Shown here in pieces: positions 20,544 to 30,101 of a DNA stretch of 64,000 bases (its first letter is position 1; the number at the start of each line of letters is the position of its first letter). Under the pieces are notes generated by a model. The model did not search any database. It was given only the letters and a program-made list of their open reading frames with translations, and was not told the DNA's origin. The stretch is taken from positions 13,044 through 77,043 of the forward strand of contig JBAQJS010000145.1 of assembly GCA_049300435.1 (NCBI GenBank), read 5' to 3'. Made by a program: the position numbers and the translations under genes. Source of the DNA: Candidatus Acidiferrales bacterium. Its GTDB lineage: Bacteria; Acidobacteriota; Terriglobia; Acidiferrales; UBA7541.

Positions 20544-21260
20544 TCACGCGGAGGGTTTCAGAGCGGCGCCGCGGGCCTCGAGGATTTCGAGGGCAGCGGA
20601 GGCGGCTTCCTGCTCGGCTTCTTTCTTGCTGCGGCCGCAGGAGGAGGAGAGGCGCTCGCCGGCATGCCAGACTTCGACTTCGAAAACTTTCTGATGCTCG
20701 GGGCCGGATTCGCTGCGGATGCGGTATTCGACGGAACCGCGCGCGCGTTGCTGCAGCCATTCCTGCAAGGCGGATTTGTGGTCGGGGCGGCCGAGCGCGG
20801 CGGAGTGGTCCGCGAGCGCGGGATCGAGCAAGGTGCGCTGCAGAAAGGATGCGACGGCGGCGAGGCCGGCATCGAGATAAATCGCGGCGAGGATCGCTTC
20901 GTAAGCGTCGGCGAGGAGGCGCTTCTTATCGCGGCCGCCGGTTTTTTCTTCGCCGGGGCCGAGGCGGAGATAGTGGCCGAGCTGAAGTTTCTTCGCCGCG
21001 GAATGCAGCGAGGTGGCGTTGACCACGCGCGCCAAGCCCTTGGAAAGCTTGCCGGAATCCCAGTCGGGAAAGGTGCGGCAGAGGCGCTCGCTGGCGATGA
21101 GCCCTAGAACGCGGTCGCCGAGGAATTCCAGGCGTTCGTTGTCCGTGCCGTGGGAAGTCTGGCGGTGCGAGCGATGAGTGAGCGCGCGGTCCAGCTCCTC
21201 GGGGTGCTGGAAATGGTGCCCGAGGACGGCTTCGAGTTCGTTGCGCTCCTGCGGCGTCAT
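20544..21260 (-). CDS. rnc: Ribonuclease III
   Basis: HRSH...NERLEFLGDRVLGLIASE RNase III signature and C-terminal dsRBD (DHKSALQEWLQ...). Start ATG 21260 (MTPQERNELEAVLGHHF). Confidence 0.9.
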   Translation of the reverse strand: MTPQERNELEAVLGHHFQHPEELDRALTHRSHRQTSHGTDNERLEFLGDRVLGLIASERLCRTFPDWDSGKLSKGLARVVNATSLHSAAKKLQLGHYLRLGPGEEKTGGRDKKRLLADAYEAILAAIYLDAGLAAVASFLQRTLLDPALADHSAALGRPDHKSALQEWLQQRARGSVEYRIRSESGPEHQKVFEVEVWHAGERLSSSCGRSKKEAEQEAASAALEILEARGAALKPSA

Positions 21261-21412
21261 GACGCGGTCACCCCGCGCGAACTTGGCTTCCGAATAGATT
21301 GCTGTGATCGGGCAAACATGGCTTTCGAAACTAAGGAACTGCGAGCGCGGCGCTGGATGGCGGGGCCGAAGCCCTGCCCTTCCGTGCCAGCGACGCGCGA
21401 AACGGCTTCTCG

Positions 21413-22282
21413 CTACTTCGGCGCGGGCTGCGATGCCGCCTGCTTCTTGGCGTCGGCGCCCATTTGCTTGCAGCGATCCTGCAGGCCGCCGGGAATCGCG
21501 GCACACTTCTGAAATGCATCGGCGGATTCCGCGAAGCGCTTCAGCTGAGTAAGCTCGAAACCCATCACGTAAAGATCGGTGGGGTCCAGGTTGGCCGGGT
21601 CGGCGGTGGCCTTCTGCAGCTCGGTGATGGAATCCGCGAAATTCTGACGGCGGAAATAAACGAGGCCGAGGCCGCTGTGCGCTTGGGTTTCGAGCTGCCC
21701 CTTGAGCTTGGCGAACTGCTCGTCCGTGAGGTTCGCGGGCTTGGGCAGGGTGGGGAGAAGCTCCAGGGCGTGCTTTTCGTATTTTTCGGCTTTATCGAGC
21801 TGGCTCTCCGCGTCCAAATCGTTGGAATCGGAATGGTGCGGGATGACCCAGCCAACCACCACCAGCACGCGAACATCGTCGGGATTAATGGCCAGCGCCT
21901 TGTCCGCAGTGGCGTACATTTTCGGCAGATCCTGCTTGGCCTCGTACTCGATGGCCAGCGCCGAATAAACCTGCCCGGCGTATTTGCCGGTGGGATATTT
22001 CTGAACGTATGCCTCACCGAGCGGGATGATGGTGGCGGAATCTTCCGGCTTGGCGTCGGTGATGGCCTTGTAAGCGGCCTCTTCCGCGGGATCAACGGCA
22101 GGGGCGGCGGGAGCGGCGGCCGCGCCGGCAGCGCCGGATGCCGGGGCTGCCTGGGCGGCGGGAGCAGCGGGCTTGGGGGACTGCTGCTGGTCCTGCGCGA
22201 GAGAGGATGGCGCGGAGAGAAGCGCAGAAGCGAGGAGGACTGCAAGAGCTGCGATGCCAGTGCGGATTGACGCGAGAATCAT
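21413..22282 (-). CDS. Secreted TPR-repeat protein
   Basis: Signal peptide MILASIRTGIAALAVLLASALLSAPSSLAQ, a low-complexity Ala/Pro linker, then TPR-like repeats (GKYAGQVYSALAIEYEAKQD..., HSGLGLVYFRRQNFADS...). Confidence 0.7.
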   Translation of the reverse strand: MILASIRTGIAALAVLLASALLSAPSSLAQDQQQSPKPAAPAAQAAPASGAAGAAAAPAAPAVDPAEEAAYKAITDAKPEDSATIIPLGEAYVQKYPTGKYAGQVYSALAIEYEAKQDLPKMYATADKALAINPDDVRVLVVVGWVIPHHSDSNDLDAESQLDKAEKYEKHALELLPTLPKPANLTDEQFAKLKGQLETQAHSGLGLVYFRRQNFADSITELQKATADPANLDPTDLYVMGFELTQLKRFAESADAFQKCAAIPGGLQDRCKQMGADAKKQAASQPAPK

Positions 22283-22345
22283 TTTGTTCCCTTCCTTTTT
22301 TGGATGGCCCCGAACCCACCGCTGGCGAGCAGCGGCAGCCGAGGC

Positions 22346-24082
22346 TTACTGTTTGGGCGGACCGTTGCCACCGCTGGTGGCGCTGGAGCCGCGCGGATTA
22401 TAAGGCGCGGCAATGCCGCGCTGCGCAGCCACGCGAGCGGCTTCCGGCGCGCCATCAATGGCGAGCGCGGCGCGGTACTCGCTGAGAGCTTCGACGCGCT
22501 CTTCCGCGAAATCATGCATGCGCGCCAGATACACGTGCGACCAGGCGATGATCGCCGGGTCGGGGGCGCCCGCGGCCGGAGCAGAACCGGGTGCTGAGCC
22601 GTGCGTGGGCGCAGTGTTTACCAGTTTTTCAAAGAGCGCCTGGGCGCGTTCCGCATCGTGATTGAGCAAGGAAGCAACCGCCAGGCCGAAATTGGCGCGG
22701 GCGTTGTCCGGATAATTCACCAGAACCTGCTCGAAAGTCTTGATGGCCCCGGGAACATCCTGCAGCGCGATTTCATGATCGCCCTGGGCCAGGGCGTGCT
22801 CCAGGTCCGATTGCGGATCGCCCGATTGTCCTAGTTGCGCCGGTTTGGCCGGTTGCAAGCCGCCATGGAGACCGACCGGAGAGGCGTTCGCCGCGGCGGT
22901 TTCCTGCAAGTTCGCGAACTGGAAATTCTGCAGGCGCTTCAGCTCGGCATTGACGTCAATCCCGTTGATCAAGTCCGGGAAATAATACGACATCGCGGGT
23001 TCGGCTTTCTCAAACTTTTGCAGTTGCTCGACCAGCGGCCGGACCATCACGAATCCGTCCTGATCGTCCTGGGCCAACACCGCTTCTTGCTGCGGCGGCT
23101 TCAGTTGACGAATGCGCAGCTCGACGGATTTGATGAGGCATTCGTCGGCGTAGGCCATGAAATCGTTGCGGTATTGCTCGGGGAGGCGCGGCGAGCGCGC
23201 GGCAACATTGAGCAGGCCGCGCGCGCGCATCACATTATTGCGATATTTCAGGGGCAGAGGATCGAGAATGAAATGGAGATAAGCGTGGCGGACATCGGCT
23301 TCGGGGAAGTCGGGGCCACCGCCGACGACGATGGCGTAATGGTCGCCGTTATTGCGGAAATTGGTGCGGTTGCCGACCAGGGGTTCGATATAAACCGTAA
23401 AGGAGTGGGCATAGCGCGGGGTATAGATCTCGCGCAAGTAGGCGTTGGAAACGGTGACCACGCGGCGAACCGGAGACTGGTAGCGTTCGACGGCGCGGGC
23501 GTACTCCGGTTCGACGCTCGTCCAGCGCAGATCCAAGCGCGCTTCGTGATAGAAATTCGCGAGCACTTCCTGAAAGCCTTCGATGGCCAGGGCGTCGGGC
23601 GGCATCACCTCGCGATCCAGAAGAAAGGTGAAGTTCGGGGGCGGACCGATGACCAGAGCGAAGGTGATATAGCGCGAGAGGGTTTCGCCGGGGTCGGCCA
23701 GGGCGTAATCGCGGTAGAACTGGCGCAGCGCGTCGGTGGCGGGCCCTTGCATCCTGAGCAATTCGCCGCGCAGGGCCAGGCGCGAAGGCATTTCGGCGAG
23801 GGTGCTCTCATCGGCGGCGAAGCCAGCGGCGTCGAGCGCGCACATCACCGAGAAAATCTGCTCGCTGGCCTCGACGCTGACGCCGGTTTGGACGCCTTCG
23901 GAATTGGCCTGAGCACGCGTCGCGGAAGGAACAGCGGTGCCGAACAGCACGATGATGGCAGCGAGAAATCCGTACGCCAAGAATTTCTGGGAAGACTTTG
24001 GGATAACGAAACTCCTTACTGAGTTCTTCGAACCACCCGGAGCATAGGATCCGGGAACCACCGCAGGACCCCCGCGCGGCAA
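22346..24082 (-). CDS. Hypothetical exported protein with C-terminal TPR repeats
   Basis: Hydrophobic N-terminal segment FLAYGFLAAIIVLFGTAV. The C-terminal third has TPR-like repeats (ALQDVPGAIKTFEQVLVNYPDNARANFGLAVASL...). Start codon uncertain. Confidence 0.55.
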   Translation of the reverse strand: MPRGGPAVVPGSYAPGGSKNSVRSFVIPKSSQKFLAYGFLAAIIVLFGTAVPSATRAQANSEGVQTGVSVEASEQIFSVMCALDAAGFAADESTLAEMPSRLALRGELLRMQGPATDALRQFYRDYALADPGETLSRYITFALVIGPPPNFTFLLDREVMPPDALAIEGFQEVLANFYHEARLDLRWTSVEPEYARAVERYQSPVRRVVTVSNAYLREIYTPRYAHSFTVYIEPLVGNRTNFRNNGDHYAIVVGGGPDFPEADVRHAYLHFILDPLPLKYRNNVMRARGLLNVAARSPRLPEQYRNDFMAYADECLIKSVELRIRQLKPPQQEAVLAQDDQDGFVMVRPLVEQLQKFEKAEPAMSYYFPDLINGIDVNAELKRLQNFQFANLQETAAANASPVGLHGGLQPAKPAQLGQSGDPQSDLEHALAQGDHEIALQDVPGAIKTFEQVLVNYPDNARANFGLAVASLLNHDAERAQALFEKLVNTAPTHGSAPGSAPAAGAPDPAIIAWSHVYLARMHDFAEERVEALSEYRAALAIDGAPEAARVAAQRGIAAPYNPRGSSATSGGNGPPKQ

Positions 24083-24162
24083 GCGCGCCTACTACAAAAG
24101 ATGCAGAGAGACTCTAAATGGCAGCTTGGACAGAGTCAAGGAGGCAGCGGCCGCGGCGCGGG

Positions 24163-24861
24163 TTAGCCGCGGACGCGGACTTCGCTGAAGCTTACCAGCA
24201 CGCGGCCACCGGCCTGGGGACGGCCAAAGCTGAGCTGCGGGCTGAAGCGCGAGAAGAGCATCACCTGGTCGAGCTGGCGTTGCACGGCTGGATCGTTGGG
24301 CCCGGAAAGAATCTTGTAGGAGACGACTTCGCCCGCGGCGTTGAGCGTGGCTTCGAGCAGCAGCTCGCCGGATTCCGATTGCGGCGAGGAGCCGATCACT
24401 CCCGGCACCGGGAACGGTGCGAGGCTTTCCAGACGCGCGGGTTGAACCAAATTCAAGGGAAGATCGTTGGGCACGATGCCCGTCATGGGAACGCCCACCA
24501 GAATATTCTGCACCAGGAAAACGAAGGCGAAGAGCGCGGTGAGAATTCCGCCGGTGGCCGGCACGGCCAGGGGCTTGAGAATATTTTCAAAGGAGACGGC
24601 AGTACGCGACCACAAGCGCCGCAGGTCCGACCAGGGAGCGCCGGACTGGGCGGCGCGGACGCGAATGCGCACGGCAAGATCGGGGGGCGGCGCGGCTGGC
24701 GCAACGCTCGCCAGGCAAACGGCGAGACGGCGGAAACGTTCGAGCTGCGCGTTGCAATCCTGGCAGGCGGCGAGGTGTTCGCGAACCTGGGCGTGATAAC
24801 GGGGCGAGATCGCGCCATCGAGATAACCGGCGAGATGGCGTTCAGCCTGAAGGCAATTCAT
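24163..24861 (-). CDS. Anti-sigma factor (zf-HC2 type) with one TM and periplasmic domain
   Basis: MNCLQAERHLAGYLDG...HLAACQDCNAQL zf-HC2 motif. The 4-nt overlap with the upstream ECF sigma gene supports co-transcription. Confidence 0.7.
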   Translation of the reverse strand: MNCLQAERHLAGYLDGAISPRYHAQVREHLAACQDCNAQLERFRRLAVCLASVAPAAPPPDLAVRIRVRAAQSGAPWSDLRRLWSRTAVSFENILKPLAVPATGGILTALFAFVFLVQNILVGVPMTGIVPNDLPLNLVQPARLESLAPFPVPGVIGSSPQSESGELLLEATLNAAGEVVSYKILSGPNDPAVQRQLDQVMLFSRFSPQLSFGRPQAGGRVLVSFSEVRVRG

Positions 24862-25622
24862 CGGGCACCTCTTAGCGACGAGGCGGTCGCGTGGGCGGCT
24901 AGCGGTGCGAGCGACGGCGACGGGGTCGTCACAGCCGGCGGCGCGAGCGGTTGAGGTTGCCGTGCGGAGGAAGCAGGATAAGACAGGCCCGCGGAATCGG
25001 AAGAAACGGCGGCGCGTTCGGGAGCGCGCACCAGCGGATCGAGAATGTTCTTGAGCAGGCGGCGGCCGCGCAGGATGCGGGATTTCACGGTGCCGACGGA
25101 TACTTCGAGCACTTCAGCCACCTCCTCGTAGGAAAGACCTTCGAGGTCTCTCAGAATTACGGCGCCGCGAAAGGAATCGGGAATCTGCGCCAGAGCGCGG
25201 CGAACCGTGGCTTGCATTTCGCGCGTTTCGCACTGTTCGAAGGGCGATGCTTCGGAATCCTTCAGATCCAGCGCGGGGTTCTTGCCTTCTTCTTCCGCGT
25301 CAATCGAGATCTGCTGCCGGTGGTGGCGCCAACACCAGCGGCGATGGTTCAGCGCCTGGCGAACGGAGATGCGGTACAGCCAAGTCTTCAGCGAGCTGCC
25401 GCGGCGGAAACCGCGGATGCCGCGAAAAGCGCGGAGGAAAACATCCTGCGTGACGTCGGCGGCGTCGGCGGAATCGGAGAGAATGCCGTACACCAGGTTG
25501 TACACCCCGCCGTGATAATAGGTGACGAGCCAGTCGAATGCCGCGTCCGAGCCCGCCTGCAGTTCATTCACCAGCTCAGATTCGTCGCGGCCCCACGGCA
25601 GAGATTGCGCAAAGTCGGACAT
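24858..25622 (-). CDS. ECF-type RNA polymerase sigma-70 family factor
   Basis: Region 2 DVTQDVFLRAFRGIRGFR and region 4 HTH LSYEEVAEVLEVSVGTVKSRILRGRRLL, plus a C-terminal low-complexity tail. Confidence 0.85.
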   Translation of the reverse strand: MSDFAQSLPWGRDESELVNELQAGSDAAFDWLVTYYHGGVYNLVYGILSDSADAADVTQDVFLRAFRGIRGFRRGSSLKTWLYRISVRQALNHRRWCWRHHRQQISIDAEEEGKNPALDLKDSEASPFEQCETREMQATVRRALAQIPDSFRGAVILRDLEGLSYEEVAEVLEVSVGTVKSRILRGRRLLKNILDPLVRAPERAAVSSDSAGLSYPASSARQPQPLAPPAVTTPSPSLAPLAAHATASSLRGAR

Positions 25623-25676
25623 GCCGTTCTGTGTACCTCCGAAGCTTGAAGCTCCAGGGCGTGTCCCTCAGTATGG

Positions 25677-25706
25677 TTAGACACCAAGGCGCCCGGATTC
25701 GTTGCA
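25677..25706 (-). promoter_or_regulatory. Candidate ECF-type autoregulated promoter
   Basis: The minus strand reads TGCAACGA-N16-GTCTAA about 55-85 nt upstream of the sigma gene ATG. This resembles the GGAAC-N16/17-TCTNA class of RpoE/AlgU-type promoters. Weak pattern match only. Confidence 0.25.
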
Positions 25707-26037
25707 AGCATAGCAGAAAACGCCGGGCGGGGTATGCGCCGAAGGTACCGCGCGGGAAAACCCGGGTTTGGCGGTGCAAGTGGCTTAGATTCAGGGCGGT
25801 AGCAGCGGAACGGGAAGGGCGGTCGTTTCCGTTGGCCGCAAACCCTGGTACAGGGGTTCAGCCGCCACGAACGCGGCCTGAGCGCAGATGCGTCGGTTGC
25901 TGCATGCTCGCGGAGCGTCGTGCTAGGCTCTGCTGCGACTGGCGGACGATGGTGGAAACTGCACTGCGGGCTCGGTGTGAGGGCGTTTGACCGTGCGCGG
26001 GCGGGATGTTATAAACGAGTTAAGTCTTTCCGCGGTG

Positions 26038-26113
26038 GGGCCGTAGCGCAGTTGGGAGCGCGCCTCGATGGCATCGAGGAGGTCACGGGTTCGAACCCCG
26101 TCGGCTCCACCAT
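26038..26113 (+). tRNA. tRNA-Ala (anticodon GGC), CCA encoded
   Basis: 76-nt cloverleaf folded by hand. Acceptor GGGGCCG/CGGCTCC with the G3:U70 Ala identity pair, D stem GCGC/GCGC, anticodon stem CCTCG/CGAGG with loop ATGGCAT, T arm ACGGG-TTCGAAC-CCCGT. Confidence 0.9.
26095..26113 (+). repeat. attL core (3' end of tRNA-Ala)
   Basis: AACCCCGTCGGCTCCACCA, identical to 44464-44482. Confidence 0.8.
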
Positions 26114-26234
26114 TTGAAGAAATCAAAGACGTTACCTCAGAAAGCCGCTAACTGTTACCACGTACTGTTGCCACATTTGCATTTTCCTCTTGCATTCAAA
26201 CATGAATCTTTCACGCTCTGCGAGGAAAACAGAT

Positions 26235-27476
26235 ATGGCGCACTACACACTCATCGCACGCATCAACGCCGGCAACGGAAAATTTCCCTTCATGAATGTG
26301 CAGTTCTCGAAAAATCATCGTCCGATTCCCATAGAAGGAGCAACGTATTACCTCCGTCCGACGAGTCGCGCGAAACGCACACCCATCAGAATTGGCAAAG
26401 ATGTCGCGGTGGCTCACACTGCGATGATCAACATGGACGATGGCCGACCACTCGAACGCCCTGCCGAGCGAGAGGCACATCCGCCGTTGGTGGTTGCCAG
26501 TACGGTGCCTCGAAAGACGGTTGAGGATAGCGCGCGTGAATACATCCAACGCAGCAAGCAGAAATCGCGCAAGACGTACCTCGGCTACCGCACAGCCGTC
26601 AACCTATTTGTCGCAAGCTGCAAGAAAACCTTCTTCGACGAAATTTGCCGCGATGACATGCTCGACTTTCTGCACGAGTTGCGGACACGCCCCTCCGAAG
26701 CGACGGGAGCACCGATCGGCGAATCCACTGTATTCAACTATTTCCTGAAGACCATGGTTTTCCTGAACGACCGTGGCATCGGCAAGTACGTTGCGAGAGA
26801 GGACTGGGTGCAGAAGAAGGATTGGCCGATCAATGTGGACAAGCGGAACAAGAACAAGAAATATGCGACCTACACGGACCAAGAAGTCGCCGCCATGCTC
26901 AGTGTCGCGGACAACATCGGGGAGGCTCTCATCCGTTTTCTCGTTGGGACTGGCTTCCGCATCGGCGAAGCTGCGGTTGCTGAGTGGGCTGACGTCAATT
27001 GGGAGGAGAAGACCGTGTCGGTTCGCTTTAAGCCGAGGCTCGGTTTCAAGCCCAAGGACTATGAAGAACGAACCGTCGCGGTCAGCGACACTCTACTTGC
27101 CTGCCTTAAGAAATATCGCGTCAACGCGCTGGACGACGAGCTGATTTTCCCGTCTCCCGCGACACGAACGGTGGACAAGCACTTAGACCGTATCGTCAAT
27201 GATCTGATCCACAAAGCGAAGGTGGCGGGTTATACGGTTGATAAACCGGAGAAACCCTGCCATGCCTTCAGGGTATTGCACGCCACGCGGCGGCATCAGA
27301 ATGGAGTTGACATCGAAACCTTGCGGCAGGAACTTGGGCATTCCGATATCACAACGACTCAAATCTACTTGCGCACGGCCAACACAAAATCCGACAAACA
27401 TCGTGCCCGCATCAATGAGGCCGATAAGTTCTCCATCATCCCGAGTCACAGGCCTTTCCTTGTCGCAAGGCGGTAG
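26235..27476 (+). CDS. int: Tyrosine recombinase / phage-type integrase
   Basis: TGFRIGEAAV (Arg box), HAFRVLHATR (HxxR) and LGHSDITTTQIYL (catalytic Tyr). Start at ATG 26235 with GAGGAAAA upstream. Adjacent to the tRNA. Confidence 0.85.
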   Translation: MAHYTLIARINAGNGKFPFMNVQFSKNHRPIPIEGATYYLRPTSRAKRTPIRIGKDVAVAHTAMINMDDGRPLERPAEREAHPPLVVASTVPRKTVEDSAREYIQRSKQKSRKTYLGYRTAVNLFVASCKKTFFDEICRDDMLDFLHELRTRPSEATGAPIGESTVFNYFLKTMVFLNDRGIGKYVAREDWVQKKDWPINVDKRNKNKKYATYTDQEVAAMLSVADNIGEALIRFLVGTGFRIGEAAVAEWADVNWEEKTVSVRFKPRLGFKPKDYEERTVAVSDTLLACLKKYRVNALDDELIFPSPATRTVDKHLDRIVNDLIHKAKVAGYTVDKPEKPCHAFRVLHATRRHQNGVDIETLRQELGHSDITTTQIYLRTANTKSDKHRARINEADKFSIIPSHRPFLVARR

Positions 27477-27483
27477 CCTTATA

Positions 27484-28161
27484 TACCTCAACGATCTGTG
27501 GAAGTACAGCGCGGGCCAGTGGGCATGGATGAGCGGGGCGAACGTGGTCAACCAGAAGGGGACGTACGGGACTCAGGGTACGTCTGCCGCGAGCAACATC
27601 CCTGGTTCGCGCTCGGGTTCTATTTCATGGACCGACGCGACCGGGAATTTGTGGCTCTTCGGTGGGCGTGGTTACGATTCAGCGGGGACTTTTGGATACC
27701 TCAACGACCTGTGGAAGTACAGCGGGGGCGAGTGGACATGGATCGGCGGGTCGAACCTGACGAACCAGAGCGGGACGTACGGAACTCAAGGTACGGCTGC
27801 CGCGAGCAACATCCCTGGGGCGCGATTCCTTTCTACTTCTTGCACCGACGCGGCCGGGAATTTGTGGCTCTTCGGTGGGTATGCTTACGACTCGACGGGG
27901 ACACCCGGATTACTCAACGACCTGTGGAAGTACAGCGGGGGCGAGTGGACATGGATCGGCGGGTCGAACGTGCGTAACCAGAACGGGACATACGGGACTC
28001 AGGGTACGTCTGCCCCAGGCAACATTCCTGGTTCGCGCTGGGAGTCTATTTGTTGGACAGACGCGACCGGAAATTTCTGGCTCTTCGGTGGGTTTGGTTA
28101 CCCCTCGACGGAGTTCGGGACAAGCGGGGACCTCAACGACCTGTGGAAGTACGAGCCCTAG
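27484..28161 (+). pseudogene. Kelch-repeat protein, 3' fragment without start or signal peptide
   Basis: Just over four ~50-aa units of (Y/L)LNDLWKYSGGEWTWIGGSN...GTYGTQGT.AASNIPG.R...TDA.GNLWLFGG begin immediately after the integrase stop. The only upstream reading frame overlaps int out of frame. Confidence 0.6.
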
Positions 28162-28346
28162 AATGTAGACAGCAGGGATTCAACGCCGAGGTTTGAGGGT
28201 TTCGGATACCTAACAAGTTCGATTGGCCTTTCCGAAGGCACTACAGTGTGGGCAACTGGCAGACAGGCGCGGTCCTTCGGCGCGGCGGAAAGACCAATCA
28301 TGGCAAAACGCATATGCGACGGGGAATAACCCAAACCGACGGAGTG

Positions 28347-28562
28347 ATGCGTATGACTCGCGCGGATTGGCTATTGGGTCTTGGCGGTTTGCTCGTGGGT
28401 GCGCTCACTGCCTTTGCCATTTATTACGCTCCCATCGCTGCTGCTAAGAAACAACGAAAGTTGGACGAAGAACGTGAAGCGAAAAAACTCGAACGGGAAA
28501 TGTTGGAAAACAGTAGACCCGACAAAAACAGAAGCGGTCCCCCTGTTCTTCCCCGGCTGTGA
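28347..28562 (+). CDS. Hypothetical small single-TM protein
   Basis: MRMTRADWLLGLGGLLVGALTAFAIYYAPIAAAKKQRKLDEEREAKKLE: one TM helix then a charged coiled tail. No homology recognised. Confidence 0.35.
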   Translation: MRMTRADWLLGLGGLLVGALTAFAIYYAPIAAAKKQRKLDEEREAKKLEREMLENSRPDKNRSGPPVLPRL

Positions 28563-28650
28563 TGTTTCGGAGCGGATCGAATGACTCCCGTCCGCATGTT
28601 AACGATTTTTTACGTAGGTGGCCCATTTAACTTCAGGTTGGAGCCTAAAA

Positions 28651-28866
28651 ATGAGATATGACCTTTGCACTTCGGAAAATAAGGAAAAAATTGGCGACAT
28701 AATCCTGGACAAATCGCCGGGAAACGGGGATGTGGTTCGCTTCTCCGGCAGAGATTGGCAGATCAAGGAAATCGTCTGGGAGCGCGACGCGAATGACAAG
28801 ACTAACAGTACTTCCTCTGGCCTGCTCTGCCTCGAGCCTATCGAACCCAAAGTGGCAAAGACCTAG
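28651..28866 (+). CDS. Hypothetical small protein
   Basis: MRYDLCTSENKEKIGDIILDKSPGNGDVVRFSGRDWQIKEIVWERD... with a GGAG about 8 nt upstream of ATG 28651. Confidence 0.35.
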   Translation: MRYDLCTSENKEKIGDIILDKSPGNGDVVRFSGRDWQIKEIVWERDANDKTNSTSSGLLCLEPIEPKVAKT

Positions 28867-28922
28867 GCCCCGATCATCGCCGTATTTCTAACAAACCCTC
28901 AGTTTTCTGTTCACATCAAGGA

Positions 28923-29306
28923 CTAGGAATTCGAAGGACGTCCCAAGCGAACAGTGGCAGGCATCCCGCTCCACTTCGTGCGCGACGCGGCGCGCCTAGG
29001 CCGGACTTCAAATTGCACGCCCTCGGTTTCCTGCAAGTACTTGACGATCTCAAACAAATTTCGCGCTTGAGGATTGCCGCGCGGTCCGAGCATTCGCATA
29101 AGACTCTTTGCGGAACGATGCGTGATTTCGCTTGGTTTGGGAAACCCCACTGTGGCGTTGATGAAATCGCGAACGATGATCTTCCCGGTTTCAACGTCAC
29201 CCGAGAGAAAGTTTTCAATCCCCTCGCGCAGAAGCGCCTCGCGAAAACCGGGATCGCGTTGAACGCGCGCCTGGATCGTTTCCTTACAATCTCGTGTCAA
29301 CGTCAT
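28923..29306 (-). CDS. Addiction-module antidote-like HTH protein (HigA/TIGR02684-like), no cognate killer gene directly upstream
   Basis: ETIQARVQRDPGFREALLREGIENFLSGDVETGKIIVRDFINATVGF...SLMRMLGPRGNPQARNLFEIVKYL matches my recollection of the probable addiction module antidote family. Confidence 0.65.
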   Translation of the reverse strand: MTLTRDCKETIQARVQRDPGFREALLREGIENFLSGDVETGKIIVRDFINATVGFPKPSEITHRSAKSLMRMLGPRGNPQARNLFEIVKYLQETEGVQFEVRPRRAASRTKWSGMPATVRLGRPSNS

Positions 29307-29379
29307 TGCTTATTTCTCCAAGGCACAGGACCCGTGCTAGCGGGCCCGACCTCTTGACGGCACTGGGAGCACCGGAGCC

Positions 29380-29739
29380 TTAGACTTCGGCGTGCGCGTG
29401 CTTCCGAGATGATTTGCGTGGCGGGTCGTCCTCAGATAATTCAGATAGTACGACCGGTGCGCGATCAGGGAATTCAGCGACAATGCGCACGTCGCCGCCC
29501 ATGGCTTTGACCGTCTTTCGCAGTGTCGAGATCAACAGGTCGCTGCGTTTCTCAAGTCGTGAAACGCTGTCTTGGGTGATTCCGAGAGTCTTGGCGACGC
29601 GGGCCTGCGTGAGTTTGCGGGCCTTTCGGAGATCACGCAAGCTCATTTCCTCCGCGACTATCTCAGCCGCGCGGTCCTCGACCTTCTTGCGCTCGGCTGG
29701 ATTCAGTTTCCGAATTACTTCATTCACGTTCACGGACAT
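29380..29739 (-). CDS. XRE-family HTH antitoxin (HigA-like)
   Basis: LRDLRKARKLTQARVAKTLGITQDSVSRLEKRSD is a classic XRE HTH. Only 2 nt separate it from the upstream toxin gene. Confidence 0.8.
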   Translation of the reverse strand: MSVNVNEVIRKLNPAERKKVEDRAAEIVAEEMSLRDLRKARKLTQARVAKTLGITQDSVSRLEKRSDLLISTLRKTVKAMGGDVRIVAEFPDRAPVVLSELSEDDPPRKSSRKHAHAEV

Positions 29740-29741
29740 AG

Positions 29742-30101
29742 TTACGTCCCCTTTCCGATCCGGGCAAGATGCGCGTCAAAACGCTCATCTGCCTTCCTTA
29801 TCAGTTCGTGGTAGAAACGTTTTTGGCTCCCGCCCGATTTGTCTCCCGCTACGAGCAAAATCGCTTTGCGCCTGCGATCAAAAGCAAAAGCCACTCTCCA
29901 TTCACCGTCTGCCGCGCTGAATCGCAATTCCTTCATATTCGCGTACCGGGAGCCTCTCAGTGTGTCAACCCGTGGGCGACCCAACTGCGGCCCAAACTGT
30001 TCTAGAACCATCGAAAGCGCCAGAATCTCCCTCCGCACATCCTCGTGCAAAGCGTGAAATTCTGGTTCGAATTCATCGGCCATCTCAACGGCCCATCTCA
30101 C
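29742..30101 (-). CDS. RelE/ParE-superfamily toxin, HigB / Gp49 (DUF891)-like
   Basis: RGSRYANMKELRFSAADGEWRVAFAFDRRRKAILLVAGDKSG is the typical Gp49/HigB-like core. Toxin-first order is followed by an XRE antitoxin. Confidence 0.8.
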   Translation of the reverse strand: MRWAVEMADEFEPEFHALHEDVRREILALSMVLEQFGPQLGRPRVDTLRGSRYANMKELRFSAADGEWRVAFAFDRRRKAILLVAGDKSGGSQKRFYHELIRKADERFDAHLARIGKGT

